DNA of 43,578 nt, taken from positions 1 to 43,578 of IMG/VR virus record IMGVR_UViG_3300048851_000038; one strand, given 5' to 3'. This document shows positions 1 through 8,100 of the stretch, piece by piece (within the stretch, counting starts at the first letter, position 1; every line of letters starts with the position of its first letter). This stretch comes from a virus. Lineage: Duplodnaviria; Caudoviricetes. The notes beneath the pieces were generated by a model that worked only from the letters and a program-made list of their open reading frames with translations, was not told where the DNA came from and searched no databases. The position numbers were made by a program, and so were the translations under genes.

Positions 1-560
1 TGCTACGTAAGTAAATGTCCGAGGGTGGCGCGGTCGCACCAGGCACAAGCTTGGGTCGCTTGTGGGCGCCGCGCCCGGTCCGAACTCCCTTTGGCGCGCG
101 CGGCGCTCACTTTCTCAAAAAGTTGGCTCGTTGGGTATTGTCATCGGCCGGCGCGTCGAAGAACCGGGACCGACGATCCGGCTCGCCGGAATCGAGGTTC
201 ACACCGGGCGCCCCATTCCCCCATTGTCCGTCAACAATCCGGAGTGGGGTGCTTCCCGCATGTGTAAATTGGCTCTTGTCTCGTCGGATTAAGCGCACGA
301 AACTCTCCGCGCGGGCCAAGCCCAGCGCCTTTCAGGCACCCCGGCCCGTAACAGGGGAGGCGTCGCGTCAGGTATCCCCCCGGCGCGGCGCCTCTTCCAC
401 CAATTGGGCGGATTGCGGGTCGCCAGTTTGGGCCTCCGGGGCCGCGGATCTGCGATCCGCATCTTTTTCCCGTTGCGGAACTTACCTTTCCGCTCCGTCT
501 AGGTATCGGCGCCTCGTCCCTCCCCCTTGTCCGTCAACAAATAGGGGCGGGGCGTTCCAA
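1..560. ncRNA. Candidate large structured non-coding RNA (probably truncated by the window edge)
   Basis: No credible ORF. Many adjacent hairpins (e.g. 206-254, 357-394, 508-556). The 14-nt TTGTCCGTCAACAA occurs at 224-237 and 527-540, each capping a 14-bp stem of different sequence. Strand unresolved. Confidence 0.5.
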
Positions 561-869
561 TCAACGGCTTTCTTCGACAACTGCGAGCGGATCGCCAGAG
601 CGACCACTAGGCGCATCAGCGGGCCGTGCGTCGGCAAGTTGCGCCGACTGCTGGCTGATCGTCTTCGCATCTTCCACGACGCGTGCACCGTCGATCGCCT
701 TGAGCACTGCGTTGCCGGTGATCGTCACCAGGCCGCCGAACAGCGTGTCGACCATCCGCTGATTGTCAGCAGGAACGGCGTGGAAGACGACGGCCATGCC
801 GAGTGCGAACGACGCAAGGATCAGCATGGCGGCGAGGGCGTAACGCCAGTGGCGGTCTGCATCGGTCAC
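561..869 (-). CDS. Holin-like membrane protein (2 predicted TM segments)
   Basis: 102 aa with two hydrophobic stretches (YALAAMLILASFALGMAVVF; TLFGGLVTITGNAVL). Last gene of the late operon, start overlapping the upstream stop. Confidence 0.55.
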   Translation of the reverse strand: MTDADRHWRYALAAMLILASFALGMAVVFHAVPADNQRMVDTLFGGLVTITGNAVLKAIDGARVVEDAKTISQQSAQLADARPADAPSGRSGDPLAVVEESR

Positions 870-1336
870 TGGTCGCCCTTTTCGATCGTTAGCTTGGCGA
901 CGAGATCCCGGAGAGCGATGCTCTCTTTCTTCTCTTCCTCGACCTGCCGCGTGCGCATCTCCTCGATCATCGAAGCAGCTGTTGCTGCATCTTCGGGGTG
1001 CGCTTTCACCATCAGGAAGAAAGCGTTTAGCGACGTCGCAAGGTTGTTGATCCGGTGCCGATCGTAGGCGCGTTCGGCCTCGTGCTGAATATCCTTCGCG
1101 TCGAGCCGGGCCTCAAGCTTCGCGATGGTCGCTCGCATCGTAGTCATCTCGGCCGCACGCTCCGTCAACAGGTTGGCCTCGCGTTCATTCGCGATCTTCT
1201 TCAGCGCGGGCCGGGTGCGGATGATCGCCACAAACAGCCCACCGATCAGCACGTTTGCAAGCGTCATGAGGCTGGCGGTCCACGTCCATCCATGGACCGC
1301 TACTGGCACTGCGGCTTCAGCCGGCATCGTCGTCAT
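866..1336 (-). CDS. Lysis-module membrane protein (1 TM + coiled coil; holin/antiholin-like)
   Basis: N-terminal hydrophobic helix followed by a charged coiled-coil region; located among the membrane genes after the tail genes. Confidence 0.55.
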   Translation of the reverse strand: MTTMPAEAAVPVAVHGWTWTASLMTLANVLIGGLFVAIIRTRPALKKIANEREANLLTERAAEMTTMRATIAKLEARLDAKDIQHEAERAYDRHRINNLATSLNAFFLMVKAHPEDAATAASMIEEMRTRQVEEEKKESIALRDLVAKLTIEKGDQ

Positions 1337-1622
1337 CCTTCAGCGATAGGAGGGGACCGCGCCCGTAGGTTGTGCCGAGCTTGAGGATGAACACCGCCAG
1401 GGCGGCGCTGAGCGCGAGCAGCCCCTTCCAGAGCAGCAGATCGTCGGGCACCAACAGCGCGCGAGCGTTGAAGCCGATCATGACGATAGCCGTCAGCGCA
1501 CACGCGAGGCGCATGGGGTCACCATAGCGAGCGCGGCTGGTCAGGGCTGACCAGGCACCCGGCAGCATGTACGCCATCATGATGCCCCAAACGGCCAGGT
1601 TGAGGATTCGCAGGGCCGTCAC
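1317..1622 (-). CDS. Small 3-TM membrane protein (holin-like)
   Basis: 101 aa, three hydrophobic segments, GTG start. Confidence 0.55.
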   Translation of the reverse strand: MTALRILNLAVWGIMMAYMLPGAWSALTSRARYGDPMRLACALTAIVMIGFNARALLVPDDLLLWKGLLALSAALAVFILKLGTTYGRGPLLSLKDDDDAG

Positions 1623-1672
1623 GCGCGCGATCCCGACGCGACCGGCAAGGCCGCGAGGCAGGTGTTTTGCAT
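1619..1672 (-). CDS. Putative 17-aa leader peptide (MQNTCLAALPVASGSRA)
   Basis: GGAG RBS upstream of the ATG; its stop overlaps the next gene's GTG (GTGA). Not in the ORF track. Confidence 0.3.
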   Translation of the reverse strand: MQNTCLAALPVASGSRA

Positions 1673-1720
1673 CTTTGTCTCCGGGTCAAACGGGCGCTTA
1701 GGGCCGGCGCCTTCTCCTGG

Positions 1721-2077
1721 TCAGTCGGCGGGTGGATCAGACGGGCTCGGCTGCGAGTCTGCGCCGGGCGGGGGCGCCAAGCTCAATGCCGCCTCCGCAG
1801 CGCGAGGCATGATGTCCCCCAAGGCGTTCACATGCACTGCAACGATGTCGTCGGCCTCGTACTGGTCCCGGATCTCGCCGATCGTGGACAGCACCTCGCC
1901 CCATGCAGGGCTCGTGATCAGGTCGCGGACCGCCATGGCGTAGGCCGCGCGCTTGGCGAGTGCGATAGCCTCCTGGCGCGCGCGCTCGGCAGCAACGATG
2001 CGCTGCGCGAGGGCGAGTTGTTCGGGCGTGTATTCGATATCGTCGGTCGGCGCCGGCGTTGGAACGTCGTCGGACAT
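1721..2077 (-). CDS. Hypothetical phage protein downstream of the tail-tip gene
   Basis: ATG at 2077 (MSDDVPTP...) preceded by AAAGGAAG; helical acidic protein. Confidence 0.65.
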   Translation of the reverse strand: MSDDVPTPAPTDDIEYTPEQLALAQRIVAAERARQEAIALAKRAAYAMAVRDLITSPAWGEVLSTIGEIRDQYEADDIVAVHVNALGDIMPRAAEAALSLAPPPGADSQPSPSDPPAD

Positions 2078-2174
2078 GAGTCTTCCTTTCTTGTGAGAAC
2101 CGGACTTTTGATGGTGGCTGCGTTGCGACCGCGCTGACGACGGAGAGGTGCGAGGCGCACACACGGCGCGACGT

Positions 2175-5100
2175 TCATCCCGTCAGCCAGGACGTCGCGT
2201 AGTTGTAGTTGCCCCCGAACATGTTGTTCGCGCGGACGCTGAAGTTGAAAAGCCGCTTGGCGCCGTTGTTGACGAACGTATAGCCGACAACATCCGCCTG
2301 CCCGGGCTCGTTGATGCCAACATAGCTGCCGGCACCTTCGGTCAGAAAGGTCTGACCGCTGTCGCCCGCCCCGCCCCAGATCTGCGCCTTGAGTTCGCCG
2401 TTGGCCTGGGCCTGCTGAACGCCAACGGAGGCGGAGAAGGTGATACCCTCGCCGGTGGCGAGCATCTTGGAGATGGTCCCGCCGATACCGACCGTCTGGA
2501 CCGTCTTCCCGGTCCCGATCTCAGTGGCACCGTAGTAAACCTTGCCATCGGTGCCGAGCGCGAAGCGGCTGTTCCCCACCGTCTCCGAACCGACCGCCAC
2601 AGAGTTGGGGCCATACCACATGACCATGTTGCTCTGCGGGCCAAGCCCCGCGCCTTCCACCAGCCGATAGCCGTTGCTTACGAAAGACAGCCGACCCGAA
2701 TTGAGATCGACGTCATTGGCATTCACCTTGCCGCGGACACGGACTTCACCGTTGGCGATCTCCAGAACGCGGTTCGACCCGATATAGACCGCGTCAGCGG
2801 CAAGCTCGATCGCCGACGCGCGAACACCCGGTGAGCTTTCGGCGTACATGGAGAGGCGCGCAACACTGGTGCCCGCCTGAACCGTGTTCTGCAGATATGC
2901 ACGGGTGCGCTCATCGATGTCGGAAACAGCGCCAGCCATCTGCGTGACGCTTGCGATCTGGCCGGTGATAACGTCTGCCGTCGGCCCCGACTGGAATGCG
3001 TTCCACTCGGTCTGACCCTGCCGGGCGGCACCGAAGTACGCGCGCCACAACCACATATAGCTGTCAGCACTGCCGTTATAGGTGTCATACTTACGGGCAT
3101 GGATGTGGCAGAAAGCAGCGTTGCTTGGCGACCGCACATCGAGACGACCCACGCGTTTGTAGTTGTTCGGCGAACGGCCGGATGGTGCATCAGCTCCCCC
3201 GCGTCCCGACCATTCGACGCCAAGATAGTTGCTGTTGCCATCGAACCATTCAACAAGGGTCTCAACGTCGCAGCGATGCGCGAAGAGATCCATATAGAAC
3301 TGATACCAAGTGTTCCCTGACACCGGGATGCGCGAGCTATAGAACCCGAAGTGGGGATCGCCGGCGCCGACACGACCTGTCTGGCGAGCATAGAACACCC
3401 GCTGCCCTGGGATGTACCAATCAGCCGTCGGACCATTGACGGCTCGCTCAGGAACGTTGGGAGCGTTGCTGCTCCAGTATTGACCCCAACCCTGCCAGTC
3501 GTTCACCCACTCGGTGTTTGGCACGAGATTACCGCCGCGCAAGCCATACTGTGCCGACAGCGTTGCGCTGGTCTGCGCCGCTGCAGCATTCTGGCTGGCG
3601 AGTACCTGGCTATCGCTTGCCGCCTTGGCGTAGCTCTTGGCGCTGTCGGAGCGGGCACCGGTGGCATAGTCGGCAGCGATCCCTGCCTGCGTCATAGCCG
3701 TCGATGCGCTGCCGCTGGCGGCATCGCGCGAAGCTGCTGCCTCATTACGGAAGGTCTCAGCCTGCCCCCGTGCAGTCTCGGCGGCACCGCGATGCGTGTT
3801 GGCCGTCGAAGCACTCGTGCCGGCTTCACCGGCCTTGGTTGAGGCCGTGGATGCCGACCCCTGTGCGGCGCTAGCAAAGCCATCAGCTTGTCCGCGCGCC
3901 GTTGCAGCCAAGCCAGCCTGGGTGCTCGCGGTTGAGGCGCTGCCAGCGGCGTTGGTCTCGCTCGTTGCCGCGCGGCCCGCAGCGCTCTCGGCATTGCTTT
4001 TTGCGGTCTCGGCATTGTTCTTTGCCGTCGTGGCCGTGTTGGCGGCAGTGCCGGCCTCGCTCGCCTTGGTATTGGCCGTGTCTGCGCTGGTCGCAGCAGC
4101 AGTTGCCGATGCCTTAGCGGCTTCGCTGTCGGTCACGTCTTCGATGTATATCGAGCGGACGCGAACGTCGTGGCCGGCAGCGCCGCCTGGGCCGTCCGAT
4201 ACGATAATTGGACGGTATTCTACCGTGTCTGCCGGCAGGGTGATGTCGACGGTAGTGTTGCGATAAACAGTCGATCCCGCCGGTGCGATGTTGCCGACAG
4301 GATAGTTCGACGTTCCTGCCGCGTTACGCGTTTGGACGCCTGCAAAAAGAGCAAACGAACCCGGCGCGCGGCCCTGCACCGTCACCCGGAGCTTGCGGGC
4401 ACCGACGATCGGGCGGAAAGCAGTCTCAAAGCTATCCCTATTCGTGGCACGGATAGCGCCGACACCAGCGTCGAGCAGATATGCAGCCGCGCCGGCCCAA
4501 GTGCCGATGCTACCATCAGCGAACGTGCCCTTCGCGACGAGGTTGCGGGCTGCGAAGCTGGCAGCCGCATCTCGCGACGATGCCGCAACACCCGCGCTGA
4601 TTGATGCCGCACTCGATGAGCCAGCGGCGTTCTCTGCCGACGTAGCTGCCTGATTACGAAAGCCTTCGGCCTGTCCCCGTGCAGTCTCGGCAGCATCCTT
4701 GGCTGTCGAGGATGCCGACGCAGCCGTCTCTGCATTGGTCTTGGCCGTGCTGGCCGTGCTGGCGCTGGTCGAAGCTGCCGACGCCGACGCCTGTGCCGCC
4801 ATGGCTTCGGTCACATCCGTCACCGTGAGGCGGCGGAACTGGATCGTCATCGTCGAGGTGGCAGTGTTCTGCGCCTGAATGAACGGGCGGAGGAACAGCG
4901 TTCCTGCGGGCCATGACGCCACGTTCAGCGCCGGCTGTGCCACGTCGGAGATCAGCGCCGTGAGCTTCTGCACCGAGTTGTTCGGGACAGCGCTGGGTGC
5001 GGCACCGGCACCAACGCCCGTGCCAAGGCTTGCGTAGGCCGCGTTCATGGCGCGCCACGCCAGATAAATCGTCGGCGTGCCCGTAAAGGCGGTGGTCTGG

Positions 5101-8100
5101 AACTCGGCTTCAACCTTGTAGATGCGCCCCGGAACGGCCGGCTGAACTGCACGGGTGGAGAAATCTGCGCGCGAGCTGGCCGCCGTCAGAACTTCCTGTC
5201 GCACCGGGCCATAACCCGTCGCGGTGGCGTTGCTGGGATAGTCGGCAACGGTTGCAGGATCGCCGATGCTGTTACCCAAGAAGAACTGGCCACCGCTCTC
5301 GTAGCGGTCCGGGAACAGCTTGGCCGCGGCCAGATTGGCCGAACCCGCGCTGGTTGCCGACACACTCGCGCTGCTCGCCGCCGAGTTCTTGTGGCCTTCT
5401 GCTGTCGAGGCGGAGGTCGCCGCCTCTCCCGCCTTTGTGCTTGCCTCACCAGCCTTGGTAGAAGCGGTGTTGGCATGGCCCGATGCCACCGAGGCGCTCT
5501 GCGATGCTGCGTCAGCCTTCGTTGACGCAGTCGAGGCGGAACCCTGCGCGGCAGTGGCGAAACCGTCCGCCTGATTGCGGGCGGTGGTGGACAACCCTGC
5601 CTGGGTTGTCGCCGTCGTTGCACTCGTATCGGCGTTGCCTGCACTGGTCGCAGCATTCGAGGCGTACGTCTGCGCCTGCCCGCGAGCCGTCTCGGCCAAC
5701 CCGCGTTGCGAGGATGCAGTCTCCGCACTGGTGCCAGCCTCACCGGCTTTCGTGGACGCCGTGGCAGCGCTGGTCTGCGCAGCGGTAGCCGAACCTTCTG
5801 CCGCCAGCATCGCCGTGACATCACGGATCGTCATCACCTTAAGGCGGCTCTGGTTTGCTACAGTCGTGTAGTTCAGCAGGGCGCCGAAGCGGACGAAAGC
5901 ATTGTCCGCGGCGGAAGCAACTTGTGATGCCAGAATACCCGGAGCCGTAGGCGGCAATACCCCAAGTCCGAACCGGACAACGACACGGGTCGTCTGCCCC
6001 GGCGCGCACGCCGTGAAGATGTACCGCTCCCCGACAGTAGATGCACCGTAGCTGGCGTTCAGCGCGCGTGCATAGGGTGAAGCCGTAGGGGCAGCAAAAC
6101 CGTTGTCGTCAACAGCGACCTCGATCGCGACTTCATAAATCTTGCCCAGCTGCCACGGAACAACACTCTTATAGAGCGCAACGGCAGTCGAGCCTGCGGG
6201 CGGCGAATAGACGCCGTTGACGACTTGCGCCGCAGGAAGATTGGCGCGCGTTTCGGGTGCGCCAACAATGCCCGTGCTTGGGGTCAGTAAGTCTGCCTTG
6301 ATGACATCAGGCATCGTCGCAATCGCCGCCGACAACGCCGACTGGTAGCTGGAGGTGGCGATCCCTGCTTGCGTGGCGGCCGTGGAGGCATGACCCGATG
6401 CCGTGTCACGCGACGAAGCCGCCTCGTTGCGATACGTCTCGGCGAGACCCTTGGCCGTCTCGGCGGCGGTCTTGGCCGTGGTCGCGGCAGATGCAGCCGT
6501 CTCCGCATTGGTCTTGGCCGTCGAGGCCGTCGAGGCGCTGGTAGCAGCGGCCGACGCTGATCCTGCCGCGCCCGTGCTCTCGGTTACGTCGGTCACGGTG
6601 ATGCGGCGAATACGCACCGTCATCGACGTGGGGCCGACCAACTGGAGGCGGGCATACGGACGCAGCCATACGGTCTCGACAGGCCACGGCGAACCGAGCG
6701 TCGAGGGCGCGGCGGAGAACAGCCGTGATACCGTCTTCGGCGCCGCGTCCACGCCAGTGATGGGGAACGACGCGCCAACCGCCGTGATGTTCGTGTAGTT
6801 GGCGTTGAGTATTCGCATGTTCACGGCGAGGGCGTTCGAGCCAGATGTCGGCGATCCCACCATCGCCAGCGTCTGGTATTCGACCTCCATCTTGTAGATG
6901 CGGCCAGGGACCGGGGCGAGAACCCCCATCAAAGCAGTGTCTACGTTGGCGGCAGCCGTGGTTGCCGTTACGTCGATGACGGGGCCATACCCCGTCTCGG
7001 TGGCGTTGGAAGGAAGCGCAGTAGCCGGCGATGCGGTAGGCGCGCCATACAACGACCCTTGGAAGATAGCCGATCCCGTTGCGTCATACCGCTCCGGCAG
7101 CAAGTTGATACGGGCAAGCTGCGCGGCGCTCGCGCTATTAGCCGCCACGCCCGCGCTGGTCGATGCCGAGTTCTTGTGCCCCTCTGCCGTCGAAGCCGAC
7201 GTGGCCGCATTCGACGCGAACGTGCTGGCTTCACCTGCCTTGGTCGTAGCGGTGTTGGCCGACGCGGTGGCGCTGCTCGCGCTCTGCTCGGCTTCACTGG
7301 CCTTGGACGATGCCGTCGAGGCGGAACCCTGCGCCGCGCTGGCAAAGCCATCAGCCTGATTGCGGGCGGTCGTCGAAAGACCGGCTTGGGTGGTTGCCGT
7401 GTTGGCGCTGCCAAGCGCGCTGTCCGCCGACGTTGCAGCGTTGCTGGCATAGGTCTGCGCCTGCCCGCGCGCGGTCTCGGCGTTCGTTGCCGCCGTCGTC
7501 GCGACAGTCGCCTTCTGGCCGGCGGTGTCCGCGCTCGTCGAAGCCGCACTAGCGGAGATCACGGCCGCCGCCGCCGAGCCCTGCGCTGCAAGCATTGCCG
7601 TAACATCACGCACCGTCATGAGCTTGAGACGGCTCTGTTGCGCCGCGTTGGTGTAGTTGATCAACACGCCAAAGCGAGCGAACACCGTACCCGCAGCGCG
7701 CGTCATCTGACGTGCAACAATGCCGGTGGCGGCTGGCGGCAGCACGTCCATGCCGAAACGCGTCACCATGCGCGTGGTCTGGCCGACCGGCGTCGTCGTG
7801 AGCGTATGATAATCCGTCGAGCCGCCGAACACGTCAGTAAGCTGACGGGCATAAGGCGAGGCCGAGGGCGCAGGCGTCAGATCACTCTGATCGACCGCAA
7901 ACTCGGTCGTCACTTCATAGATCTTGCCGCTCTCCCAAGGGACATACCCCTTGTAAGCGAGAACGCGAGACGCGCCCGCCGGCGGTGACACCACACCGTT
8001 TACAACCCATCCTGCCGGGAGATCCGGGCGGCTTTCGGGGGTGCCCACAATGGAAATGGCCAGAGTATCTGCCTGCAGCGTGTCCGGCATCATGGCGATA

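Noticed and set aside
224-540. TTGTCCGTCAACAA repeats as a CRISPR array or as sigma70 promoters (they contain TTGACG on the minus strand)
   Set aside because: Only two copies 303 bp apart with no cas genes, and no plausible -10 box 17 bp downstream of either.
1-560. Group I/II intron, retron or DGR template
   Set aside because: No reverse transcriptase or homing endonuclease in the window, and I could not identify group II domain V or group I P7 motifs. Not fully excluded because the left flank is missing.
15-1067. 350-aa + strand ORF
   Set aside because: Arg/Ser/Pro-rich, antisense to the well-formed membrane genes and running through the hairpin-rich region; typical high-GC shadow ORF.
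4810-8093. Duplicated tail domains as a DGR TR/VR pair or shufflon
   Set aside because: Both copies are in-frame coding, differences are not adenine-specific, and there are no inverted cassettes, invertase or RT.
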